A stretch of 44,997 nt of DNA from a virus, in IMG/VR virus record IMGVR_UViG_3300005537_000012, positions 1 through 44,997 of that record. One strand, given 5' to 3'. Position 1 is the stretch's first letter. Every line of letters begins with the position of its first letter. The notes under the pieces are model-generated. The model searched no databases, was not told the DNA's origin, and was given only the letters and a program-made list of their open reading frames with translations. The position numbers and the translations under genes are program-made. Below, piece by piece: positions 25,229-33,938 of this stretch.

Positions 25229-26709
25229 TAATCCTCCAGAATCCGCCGCCATGCCGAACAGGTCAAGTCAGCAATATTTTTCTTTTCTTTAAGTACTTCC
25301 AAGATGTGATGGTCAACAGTTTTCTGACCCTTCGGGCCGGTTGCCAAGACATCCAGATAAGTCACAGTCCGCTTCTGGCCGATACGATGGCAACGGTCTT
25401 CAGACTGTACCCTGTTAATATGGCTCCAGTCGTTTGAGAGATATACGGCAACCGCGGCTTGGGTCAGATTGAGGCCATATCCACCGGCCTGGGGTTGAGC
25501 CAGGAGGACCCGGTGATAGGAACCATTCTGAAACTGGTTTACAGCTTCATCACGAACTTTTTGAGATTGCCCTCCATATATTTCCCATACTGTCACATTT
25601 GGAACAAGCATCTTTGCAAGTCGCTCACGTTCTCTCTTCCATCGGCACCAAACGATTATGGCTTCTTCACTTTGAAGTTCACCGTCAATAATTTCATCAG
25701 CTATCCATTTGAGCTTTTCATTTGAAATGTCTTGGGATTGTGGATTAGGACTTTCAACATGTTCCACTTGATTCAATATTCCGACATGCCCGCTGGTTAA
25801 TTGACATAACCGCAGAATCCTCACTGCGGCGTTAGGTTCCGGCTTTGAATCATCCGGCGGCAAAGTTAAAAGAGCTTCTTCCTTTAGCTCCTGATATATC
25901 TTCCAGGTATCCGTTTGCAGCGCCACTTCTCTTACTTCATAAACTTTTTCAGGAAGGTCCAGGCAATCTTTTTTCAACCGGCGAAGCACATAGGGAGCAA
26001 ATCTATTTTGCAGACTTTGAAGCTTTTCTTTTATCAGTATAGGTTTCTTCATTTTGAATCCACCCATGACAAAGAACGTATTTCTGAAATGAAAGAAGTT
26101 CTCAAATCCTTTAAGCGGACCAGCAAGGCCGGCCGCCATGACAAAACCCTGGCTCCATAGGTCGAGCGGAGAATTCGCAATCGGTGTGCCAGTGAGAAGC
26201 CAGCGATACATAGCAGCCTGGGCAATCTCAGCAGTCCCTTTAGATTGCTGGGCGTTGCGGCTTTTCAGAAATGAACTTTCATCACAAATCAATAAACTTT
26301 CACCACTGGCCAGCCATTGGGAGAATCTTTTAACGTGTGGATAGTACCGGCCTTTTTCTCCATTCACACCGCTGGACATCAATCCGTAACTGCATATTGA
26401 AATATTCAGACCAGGATTGTGACGTTCTATAGCTTTTTTTACAAAGTAAAATTCTTCATCTTCTGATTTGTATTCAATAAGGTTAAATTTCTCTCCAAGT
26501 TTCTCGAGCTCTTCCCGCCAGGAGTACCGGACAGCGGCCGGACACATCACAAGCACCTGGTCAATCTTTTTTTGCTTGTAAAGGTTCATTGCCGCGGTAA
26601 GAGCCTGGCGGGTCTTGCCCAAGCCCATTTCATCGGCAAGCATGGCTGTGTCCCGCTCTATAAGGAACTGGATGCCGGTTTCCTGGTGTTTGTAAAGACT
26701 AGTCATCAT
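25228..26709 (-). CDS. SNF2-family helicase / DNA translocase
   Basis: Motifs LADEMGLGKT (I), LICDESS (II, DExx), LLTGTPIAN (III), and C-terminal GGYGLNLT and SEDRCHRIGQ (VI). Confidence 0.85.
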   Translation of the reverse strand: MMTSLYKHQETGIQFLIERDTAMLADEMGLGKTRQALTAAMNLYKQKKIDQVLVMCPAAVRYSWREELEKLGEKFNLIEYKSEDEEFYFVKKAIERHNPGLNISICSYGLMSSGVNGEKGRYYPHVKRFSQWLASGESLLICDESSFLKSRNAQQSKGTAEIAQAAMYRWLLTGTPIANSPLDLWSQGFVMAAGLAGPLKGFENFFHFRNTFFVMGGFKMKKPILIKEKLQSLQNRFAPYVLRRLKKDCLDLPEKVYEVREVALQTDTWKIYQELKEEALLTLPPDDSKPEPNAAVRILRLCQLTSGHVGILNQVEHVESPNPQSQDISNEKLKWIADEIIDGELQSEEAIIVWCRWKRERERLAKMLVPNVTVWEIYGGQSQKVRDEAVNQFQNGSYHRVLLAQPQAGGYGLNLTQAAVAVYLSNDWSHINRVQSEDRCHRIGQKRTVTYLDVLATGPKGQKTVDHHILEVLKEKKNIADLTCSAWRRILED

Positions 26710-27133
26710 CGCCGCCAAAAATAGCATCAATGATTCCACCGGCTCGCGGGCGCTGGAACCTGATCACTTCCCAATCTCCACGGATACCAAAAGACATAGA
26801 ACCGTGTTCGTGCGGCGCCCGTTCGGTTATCAATGCCCACATCATGACCTGGAGGAGTTTTCCCTTGTCACGCAGCATTTCAGCTTGCTTGCACCAATTG
26901 TGGTCATCTTTCTTGTCACCACGCTTGAATTTTACTTCGAGTTCCATTTGGGCCAGGTCAAAATGCACAGCTTGCATGAGAGCGTAAACTTTGCGCTCAT
27001 AAGGAGTCATTTTGAAAATTATTTTAGCCCCTTCTGGCATATCTTCAGTTGGCCGAAAACATTCTTCATCCATGAGGTCAATTTCATTCAGTAGATTTGA
27101 AATGTAAACCGGCCTTTCAACATCAGTTCCCAT
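26699..27133 (-). CDS. Hypothetical protein (144 aa)
   Basis: RBS AAAGGAG; ORF-track ORF. Confidence 0.55.
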   Translation of the reverse strand: MGTDVERPVYISNLLNEIDLMDEECFRPTEDMPEGAKIIFKMTPYERKVYALMQAVHFDLAQMELEVKFKRGDKKDDHNWCKQAEMLRDKGKLLQVMMWALITERAPHEHGSMSFGIRGDWEVIRFQRPRAGGIIDAIFGGDDD

Positions 27134-27180
27134 GATAACTCCTTTCTGTTTACTGCCTAGGGTAATAAATGTAAACTATA

Positions 27181-27717
27181 TTATTCAGATTGTCCAGGGC
27201 TTTTTGCCGGGCAATTAGGCTCATGCCCGCGGCCTTCCCGGTATCCCTGGCAACAGGGTATGCCAGATTCTTCGATGCACTTCAAAGTATCCAGATACCC
27301 GTCAATGATACTGGCCAGGTCGGGAGGTTCATAGTTAGCACTCTTCCGTACTTTTCCTGAATATTTATCATTAACTGGATTCATAACGGTTTCAGTTGCC
27401 GTCAGTGTTTCACCTTGGAATTTGGTCATGTTAGACCGATGGACTTCTTCAAATAAGTCTTCGAGAATCGGACCCATGCCATATTCCACGGCTGTGCCCA
27501 CAACCACGTAAAGCAGGTCACAAAGCCCGTCAGCAACCTCAATGAGATTGTTTTCGTGCATTGCCTGGGATACTTCGCCGAGCTCTTCCATCATCAGCCT
27601 GAGACGAAGTACCTTAATCGAATCAGAAGGGTGGCCAGGTTTTTTCAAATCTGGATAACTGTTGTTCTGGTTGAACTGCTGTACCATTGCCGCCCAAGAC
27701 TTTTCTTGAACTTTCAT
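27181..27717 (-). CDS. MazG-like all-alpha NTP pyrophosphohydrolase
   Basis: LRLMMEELGEVSQA...EVADGLCDLLYVVVG...VHRSNMTKF matches the EExxE...D..D metal-binding helices. Confidence 0.65.
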   Translation of the reverse strand: MKVQEKSWAAMVQQFNQNNSYPDLKKPGHPSDSIKVLRLRLMMEELGEVSQAMHENNLIEVADGLCDLLYVVVGTAVEYGMGPILEDLFEEVHRSNMTKFQGETLTATETVMNPVNDKYSGKVRKSANYEPPDLASIIDGYLDTLKCIEESGIPCCQGYREGRGHEPNCPAKSPGQSE

Positions 27718-28067
27718 CGCGTACCTCGTATTGTGGATTGGACTACTATTTCTTCAACTAGACTTTCGATATTCATAGACCCATATTCAGATGGGTAAAT
27801 TACTGCTTCCCGGCCGGATGGGCGAGCAGTAACAAGATAGGATACTGGCCGCAAATGGTCCAGATACCATTGCTGGATTTTAGTGGGAGTATTCGGGCTG
27901 ATTTTTACTTCCCACCAAGTAGTTAAAGCAACTGGTGGAAAAGTAATTGAAAAATCTGGCACACCTTTTGTGAAATAATCGGAATGCTTGTAAATGACTG
28001 CATCTTTGAGAATCGGATGGGTCCGAAGTTTTTTCAAAAGTTTTGATGTAAAAGCTCCTTCTAACAT
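27714..28067 (-). CDS. VRR-NUC / PD-(D/E)xK nuclease
   Basis: GVPDFSITF...WWEVKISPNTPTKIQQWYLDHL matches the PD...E.K...Q..w pattern. Confidence 0.65.
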   Translation of the reverse strand: MLEGAFTSKLLKKLRTHPILKDAVIYKHSDYFTKGVPDFSITFPPVALTTWWEVKISPNTPTKIQQWYLDHLRPVSYLVTARPSGREAVIYPSEYGSMNIESLVEEIVVQSTIRGTR

Positions 28068-28068
28068 T

Positions 28069-28656
28069 TTATTCTCCTGTTACCCTTTCCTCGTTCCTGG
28101 CACTAGCTTCACTTCTTCCGGTGAGCAGGGCGTTGAGTTCGTTCGTTGCTCCCCCGATACTGAGATTCCCACATTCATAGTGAAGTAATACTTTCCCAAC
28201 CTGTTCCCTTGTTAGCTGTGGCTGCTCGGCTGGCACCGGCGCTGGCGTGCCGGCGAGCAGTACATTAAATCGCTTTGCCACATTCGCCCAGTCGTGCTCG
28301 TGAGGTGTGAAGTGCCCATAGATAAACTCGCGCATCTGTTCCGCTGTGACTCGCGCTGGCACCGGCGCTGGCATGGCGGCGAGCGCGTTCACAATCACCT
28401 GGAGTCGCTGATAACGAGGCATCTTGTCAATTTCTTCCGCCATTCTCCATCGCTCGGCATCACTTTCAGGAGGCTTGCTTCCCACTGGCCCCTCGCCCCC
28501 TTGCGCCAGGGCGGCCTCAAGCTCGTCAAACGTCTCGTTAAATTGCCGATGGCACTCGCACTGATAATCGTGTTTGTCGCAAGTCAGCGGCACGCCCAGC
28601 CTTCGCAGATTCGCCACCAGCCCCCGCAGATCGCTCGCTCCACGTTCGTTGCTCAT
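28069..28656 (-). CDS. Hypothetical protein with an internal duplication (PAPVPA-led repeats)
   Basis: ORF-track ORF. Contains two direct DNA repeats of about 30 bp (28228-28257 and 28354-28383). Confidence 0.55.
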   Translation of the reverse strand: MSNERGASDLRGLVANLRRLGVPLTCDKHDYQCECHRQFNETFDELEAALAQGGEGPVGSKPPESDAERWRMAEEIDKMPRYQRLQVIVNALAAMPAPVPARVTAEQMREFIYGHFTPHEHDWANVAKRFNVLLAGTPAPVPAEQPQLTREQVGKVLLHYECGNLSIGGATNELNALLTGRSEASARNEERVTGE

Positions 28657-28662
28657 CGCCCG

Positions 28663-28938
28663 TCACCCTTTCCGCGCCGCTCGCTGTTTATCCCGTTCCA
28701 GCGATAAGCCAAGCATTCCCATACGGCCACGAATTGCTGCCTTATCGGTCCTAACGTACATCCCTTCGACATTGCACCGCAGGGCCGCTTCGCTGGGGCC
28801 ATTCTCGGCCATACACAATCTCGCACCGTCGCAGCCGCAATCAGGACAGCAACAATAAATCAAGCGCCCATCTACCAGTTCTCCATCCTCGGTCAATGGG
28901 TTGCCGTAATCATCTTCGCGTTTAGCTTTGTTACTCAT
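28663..28938 (-). CDS. Cys-rich small protein (CCCPDCGCDGARLC)
   Basis: ATGA overlap with the PolA stop; internal start of ORF 28663-28953. Confidence 0.5.
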   Translation of the reverse strand: MSNKAKREDDYGNPLTEDGELVDGRLIYCCCPDCGCDGARLCMAENGPSEAALRCNVEGMYVRTDKAAIRGRMGMLGLSLERDKQRAARKG

Positions 28939-30728
28939 GATGTTTCCTTCCAATTATCTCCTTCAGAACATTCCCAGGTTATTGGTACCCGCAGTTTGAA
29001 TTCTTGAATCGCAAAACATTCTTCTAAATCTTTAAACTTCTTCAAATTCTTTCGTTCATCGTAAAGTCTCTTTAACTTTAGCTTCATCAGGTCAGCAGCA
29101 CTGCCCTGAAGAATCGAATTAAGCCCTGAATAAAAACGGTCGCCAGTATGATAACGACGACGACGGCCAAGAATAGTGCGAACGTAACCGCGCTTCTCAG
29201 CCAGTTCGGAGCAATAGTATAGTAACCGCTTAGCTTCAGGTACTTTTGCATCATATTGGTCCATAAGTCCTTGAACATAGTCAATGTCATTTGTTCCCAG
29301 CATGGATGCCGCTTTATCCACACCGCCTCCATATAGTTTCATGAAATTGAAATTTTTAGCATGGTCGTATATCATGCATTCTTTGAGGAGCTCTTTATGT
29401 ACAAACTTGTGGAAGCTTATGTTTGGGTCGTTCGCATAAGCTTCAATTAACCGCTTTGAATACGGTCGTGGCACGCAAGAAAAGTGGGCGAATAGCCGGT
29501 ATTCAATTTGGCTGGCATCGGCGTGGAACCAACGGCCACCAAGGTCCCCGTTAACTTCGTCATGTACTGTGAACCGCATCAGGAAGTTTTCATGTCCACC
29601 AGATATAAACAACTCTCTGACTAACCAGGGGGAGGTTACCGGCGACTGAATCTTTTGCTTTGATGGCTTATAAACCTGCTGGATATTCACTTTGCTCGAG
29701 GCAAACCGGCCAGTTATGGTTCCATAATCATCAGCTCGTAACTGATGGAGCTGGTAGGGTAGATATCCATCCGGCGTCATTGCATCACGATATTTGATTA
29801 AATATTTCGACAGCAAACTGGCCAGGTCCCTGGCCTCAGACACCAACTGGACTTCTTTTATTTCAATATATTTATTCAGAATTACATCAGTAAAGCTGTC
29901 TTCACCGGCTGCGGTTCTTCCAGGTTTAATATTAAGATATTTGAATAGTTTTGATAAATCTTTTGATGAATCAGGCGATACCCGCAAACCTGTCCGCCGG
30001 TAGATTTCCATAATACGCGCGGCATAGGCTTCCTGGACTTCCCGTATCCAGCGATGAAGCTTCGGAACATCCAACTTGACTTTTTCCCGCTCCATTGACA
30101 ATATGCAATATATTAGACTATCTTCCAGGTCTATAACCCGGCGTAATTCTTGCTCAGCAATGTCTCCATCATAAACCATCGCCAAATCGTAAGTCAGCCT
30201 GGCATCATGTCTGGCATATGGCGCAGCCAGGTCCACGGGTATATCGGGTATTTCTGCTCGAGGAATCTCCCGACCATTAAGCTTTGGAACTACTTTTCCT
30301 ATTCCTAACCTGTCCTGGGCAAGAGTTTCCAGGTCAAACTTCCTTCGTGAATCGTCTAATAATGCCGCGGCATGCTGTACTTCATGAGGTATTACCCCGA
30401 TGGCTTCCAGGTCCACGCCAAATTCTCTTAAACGCTCGATGTCATTCTTTGCTGCCCTGAAGAATACTTCCCGGCCAGCCAGGTTGTCAATCAACCAGTT
30501 TTTAAGGTTCTCCGGGTCGTACTGCTTGCCTTCCGGATGCCCGCAAGGAAGGTACCACTCGCTGCCAGCCGTGGCCAGGGAGACCCCGACGACCGGCGAC
30601 CCTGGTCCCAGGCCGCGATGTTCGGTATCCAGCGCAATGAACTCGCCAGGCTCCAGGACCGGGAACCGGTCCAGGGAACCCGACGACTTCTCACCTGACA
30701 AGTTTAATTTGAGCTGTGGTATAATCAT
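28935..30728 (-). CDS. Family-A DNA polymerase with 3'-5' exonuclease domain (atypical motif order)
   Basis: Exo I ALDTE, Exo II KNDIERL, Exo III YARHDARL. Motif A HADASQIEYR, motif B HAKNFNFMKLYGG, QGSAADLMK. VHDE lies at aa 388-391. Confidence 0.9.
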   Translation of the reverse strand: MIIPQLKLNLSGEKSSGSLDRFPVLEPGEFIALDTEHRGLGPGSPVVGVSLATAGSEWYLPCGHPEGKQYDPENLKNWLIDNLAGREVFFRAAKNDIERLREFGVDLEAIGVIPHEVQHAAALLDDSRRKFDLETLAQDRLGIGKVVPKLNGREIPRAEIPDIPVDLAAPYARHDARLTYDLAMVYDGDIAEQELRRVIDLEDSLIYCILSMEREKVKLDVPKLHRWIREVQEAYAARIMEIYRRTGLRVSPDSSKDLSKLFKYLNIKPGRTAAGEDSFTDVILNKYIEIKEVQLVSEARDLASLLSKYLIKYRDAMTPDGYLPYQLHQLRADDYGTITGRFASSKVNIQQVYKPSKQKIQSPVTSPWLVRELFISGGHENFLMRFTVHDEVNGDLGGRWFHADASQIEYRLFAHFSCVPRPYSKRLIEAYANDPNISFHKFVHKELLKECMIYDHAKNFNFMKLYGGGVDKAASMLGTNDIDYVQGLMDQYDAKVPEAKRLLYYCSELAEKRGYVRTILGRRRRYHTGDRFYSGLNSILQGSAADLMKLKLKRLYDERKNLKKFKDLEECFAIQEFKLRVPITWECSEGDNWKETS

Positions 30729-31152
30729 ATTTATATAGGATAATCATCTGGCTTAGAATCTTCGCGCCTTCGGAGTCGGCGTAATCCTCCAGCACGATTA
30801 CCCTCCTGATGCCGGTATTCAGAATCATCTTGGCGCACACGAAGCATGGGCAGCAGCTTACATAGATTGTATGGGCCAGGTCCAGGCGCCAGCATTGAAG
30901 CATGGCATTCTGTTCAGCATGGATAGCCATGCAGCGGGAAGTATCTCCATGTCTGTCATAAGCTCCGGGGCAGGGCATGTCCTGGATACAGTGCTGGAAT
31001 CCTGAAGGTGGCCCGTTGTATCCGGTCGAGAGTATCCGCCCGCGCTCATCAGTTATGATTGCTCCAACCGACCGACGCACACAAGTGGACCTAGCGGCAA
31101 CATCTACCAGCATCTTCACGAAGTAAGTTTCTTTTGAATCACGCACGGACAT
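30691..31152 (-). CDS. dCMP deaminase
   Basis: ARSTC..VGAIITD...HAEQNA...CPCFVCAK zinc motifs. Start chosen at the ATG overlapping the ThyA-like stop. Confidence 0.85.
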   Translation of the reverse strand: MSVRDSKETYFVKMLVDVAARSTCVRRSVGAIITDERGRILSTGYNGPPSGFQHCIQDMPCPGAYDRHGDTSRCMAIHAEQNAMLQCWRLDLAHTIYVSCCPCFVCAKMILNTGIRRVIVLEDYADSEGAKILSQMIILYKYDYTTAQIKLVR

Positions 31153-32032
31153 CCTCCAAATAAGCAAGAGCCTCAGCATTGGTTGCAGAAGCCAGTACCT
31201 TCTCGTAAATTTTCCAGACATCATTGAGTTCAAATCCAAGGGCACTCGGGTCCACCAGGCGGTTGATGCCAGCCGGCAACGACAACGAGGTTGGCAGCTG
31301 CGGACTTCTCCCGCTCCTGCCCATCGGCGCATTCACAATCCCTCTGGCCAGTTCCCAGTGTGGTTCATAGATATGCGATGAACCTAGGTTGAGGGTTATG
31401 GACCCCAATGCTATTGGCCAGCGCAGAGCGTGGCGCAAGGCGCCGACCAGGAAATTACCAAGCATTGTGAAGTTATAGATATCATATGGTAGCCCAAGCC
31501 AGGCATCAGAACTCCGCATAGTAGCTATGATATGCAGGTACCAGTTGCGGCTCGTCCATTCAGACTGCCGGCGAAGAAGAAATTGGAGTGAGAGAGTGCA
31601 TGGAACATATCGTTCATAAGCTGTTATCTTTATATCTGATTGAGCTTCCCATATACTCATCACAGCTTGGCGGCTTTCTGGGTCACGGGATAATGTCCCC
31701 AGAATGAATGGCCACTGAGGTGCTAGCCGCGGACCATATGACGGATAGACTCCACCCTGGCCATCAGTTTCGTAGCCGGCCAGGTTCTTGTTAAACCGCT
31801 CGAGCAATTTGTCTTCAAGACCAAGCTGAGTTGTCAGCCACTGGGCGACCAAGAACCGGTAGTTGAGTTTTCGTTCCGGGTCAATGAGAATGTTCTGATA
31901 GGCATCTTCAATAATTAACCTGGTATGAATCGCCTCTCGGCATGGTTTTCCGCGTGGAGATACAATGGGTTGTTGTAAAAGCGTATTCAATAATACTACC
32001 CAATTGTGATAAATTCCATTTTCAGGTGTCAT
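31139..32032 (-). CDS. Thymidylate-synthase-family pyrimidine C5 transferase, predicted dCMP-specific (hydroxymethylase or methylase)
   Basis: VPCTLSLQF (catalytic Cys145), MRSSDAWLGLPYDIYNF (Asp184 where TS has Asn), SSHIYEPH. RBS AAGGAGAA. Confidence 0.8.
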   Translation of the reverse strand: MTPENGIYHNWVVLLNTLLQQPIVSPRGKPCREAIHTRLIIEDAYQNILIDPERKLNYRFLVAQWLTTQLGLEDKLLERFNKNLAGYETDGQGGVYPSYGPRLAPQWPFILGTLSRDPESRQAVMSIWEAQSDIKITAYERYVPCTLSLQFLLRRQSEWTSRNWYLHIIATMRSSDAWLGLPYDIYNFTMLGNFLVGALRHALRWPIALGSITLNLGSSHIYEPHWELARGIVNAPMGRSGRSPQLPTSLSLPAGINRLVDPSALGFELNDVWKIYEKVLASATNAEALAYLEDVRA

Positions 32033-32823
32033 GGGCTGTTTCTCCTTATCTGGGCAAGTTCGCGGTTGGTTTTCTTCAAAGGCTCATCAATAATTGTGGC
32101 TGGCACAAACTCTCTGAATTCTACCGATACTTCCGTATTGCAGAACGCAATTTCATGTTCTTTGTAACCTGACCGGAACACTTTTCTAGTCAGTTTCATA
32201 TAACTTCCGGTCATGTCATCAAACTTCATGCCAGGAACTACGAAGATAAACCGCGGCCGCTGGCTGCCGACCATGCCGGCCGGCAACGGGTTCCCTTCAA
32301 TTTTCTCGAGGGACTTCGCCACACTCCGGTAGTTCCATCTGGTATAATCATACCAGATATAATTCCGATTCAATCTCACGTTAAACAATCTATTTACATA
32401 TTGATTATAAACCGAGCTGAACTTCACAGCATCCTGGACATATTCATCTTTTTGCCGGCCAAGCCAATTTGCCAGGGCAACACGCTTCGGCGGAATACAC
32501 ATCACAATCTGGCCGTCAATTGCCTCGATGTATCGCTCAAGTATATTTTGAACATCCGGAGTCATTACCCATTCTTTACGCATGACCGCGCCATAGATAG
32601 CATCAGAGATGTGGAAACGGTCACAGACGATTTTTAAATTCGGTTCCTGGGCAGCACTGTAGAGCGGGTCGTAGAAAAAGTGAAAGATAGATTCTTCCGA
32701 TACCCTGGCTTCAGGCGGAGGTATGCCAAACTTCAGGAGCTTGTATCCTTGTCTTTCGACGAGCTCGGCGGCCAGGGTAGACTTGCCGGAACCGTCAGGT
32801 CCTTCGAGGATTATGACTCTCAA
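32029..32823 (-). CDS. Thymidylate-kinase-like dNMP kinase with a C-terminal extension of about 90 aa
   Basis: TTG start after GGGGAGG. P-loop ILEGPDGSGKST and CDRFHISDAIYG. Confidence 0.7.
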   Translation of the reverse strand: MRVIILEGPDGSGKSTLAAELVERQGYKLLKFGIPPPEARVSEESIFHFFYDPLYSAAQEPNLKIVCDRFHISDAIYGAVMRKEWVMTPDVQNILERYIEAIDGQIVMCIPPKRVALANWLGRQKDEYVQDAVKFSSVYNQYVNRLFNVRLNRNYIWYDYTRWNYRSVAKSLEKIEGNPLPAGMVGSQRPRFIFVVPGMKFDDMTGSYMKLTRKVFRSGYKEHEIAFCNTEVSVEFREFVPATIIDEPLKKTNRELAQIRRNSP

Positions 32824-33938
32824 AACAACCTCCCCTGTTTCACTTGTTTTTTAGTCACAGTAAAATCAGCAACCTCGCCAGGTTTCACAACACGTACCAT
32901 ACTGGTCACGGCGTCCAGGTCCGCCAGCCTGACAGTTTTAGAGGTATTTATTTGCATCATTTCAAGAATCCACTTTGCGACCGGCGGGCAGACTCCTTTG
33001 CTGAGGTACAACCGAAAGTCTCTGAGGGTCCTACCTGGCCATTTATAATCGCCTGGGAATCCCATCAGGGCACAATACTCCTCAAGATACAGCTCCCTTC
33101 CCATTACGAAGAAACTAGAATCATGGAGGATTGTGGTCCCGAATTCTTCCGGGTTCAGAACCCGCGGGAGTTTCACGCCGAACCGGCCACCCAGGTTCCA
33201 GCGGTCCCGCACTTCCTGATAGTTCGGCCCTGGGTCATCTATGTCAAGTAACTTCTTGCCTATTTGGAGTAATGAACCTATATGCTCACCAGATAGTAAT
33301 TCCTTGTAGATTCGCTTTTCAGTGAACCCGGCGCCTACCAGGCATTTCACAGCATCGCGAATCTCCGCATTTGGCTCCAGGGTGGTTCCCTTTCGCAGCA
33401 GGATATCACGGACCCGACGGATGTTTGGATAGTGGTGTAAAATCAATTGTGGTAACTTAGTAAAGATTGTCCAGACCCGCGGGCGCCACTGAGGCACACC
33501 AAATGTCACGGCATTCTGATGAATATAGAATACATTGTACTTGTACTTTTTGGCAAACTCCTCGTGAACCTGGCGGCCGGCCGCCAGGATGCCCGGAACA
33601 GATTCAATGGCCAGCGCCGGAGCTCCCTGGCTTAAAGCATAATCCATAACCATTTTATGAGGTAGGAAGTGGTCCGAGTCGATGCCCTTGCGGTATGGTG
33701 ACTGGGTAGAGAATGCAGCGCAGGGAGGGTGAGCGATAACCAGGGAGTGATGCAAATGGTCCTTCGGCCAGGGAGGTTTCTCTATATACTTCAGGTCTGG
33801 GAAGTTAGCTCGCTGGACCGGTAGACCAAAACCGCAATCTTCATAAGAGCCACGGATAGGTAAACCAAGCTGCGATGCGGCAATTGTGAGACTGCCGGCG
33901 TAGGAATTAATGATGAGAACATCATTGGGCGGTTTCAA
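32820..33938 (-). CDS. DNA (cytosine-5) methyltransferase
   Basis: Motif I NSYAGSL, IV HPPCAAFS, VI AIESVPG, VIII GVPQWRPRVW, IX-X MGFPGDY..SKGVCPPVA. TTG start with an in-frame TAA two codons upstream. Confidence 0.8.
   Translation of the reverse strand: MKPPNDVLIINSYAGSLTIAASQLGLPIRGSYEDCGFGLPVQRANFPDLKYIEKPPWPKDHLHHSLVIAHPPCAAFSTQSPYRKGIDSDHFLPHKMVMDYALSQGAPALAIESVPGILAAGRQVHEEFAKKYKYNVFYIHQNAVTFGVPQWRPRVWTIFTKLPQLILHHYPNIRRVRDILLRKGTTLEPNAEIRDAVKCLVGAGFTEKRIYKELLSGEHIGSLLQIGKKLLDIDDPGPNYQEVRDRWNLGGRFGVKLPRVLNPEEFGTTILHDSSFFVMGRELYLEEYCALMGFPGDYKWPGRTLRDFRLYLSKGVCPPVAKWILEMMQINTSKTVRLADLDAVTSMVRVVKPGEVADFTVTKKQVKQGRLF

Noticed and set aside
32029-32300. UDG-like (family 4 uracil-DNA glycosylase) domain at the kinase C-terminus (RPRFIFVVPGMKFDDMTG versus the GEAPG..ED..G motif)
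   Set aside because: Only a short loose resemblance. The segment is about half the length of a UDG fold and lacks the HPS-type motif B.
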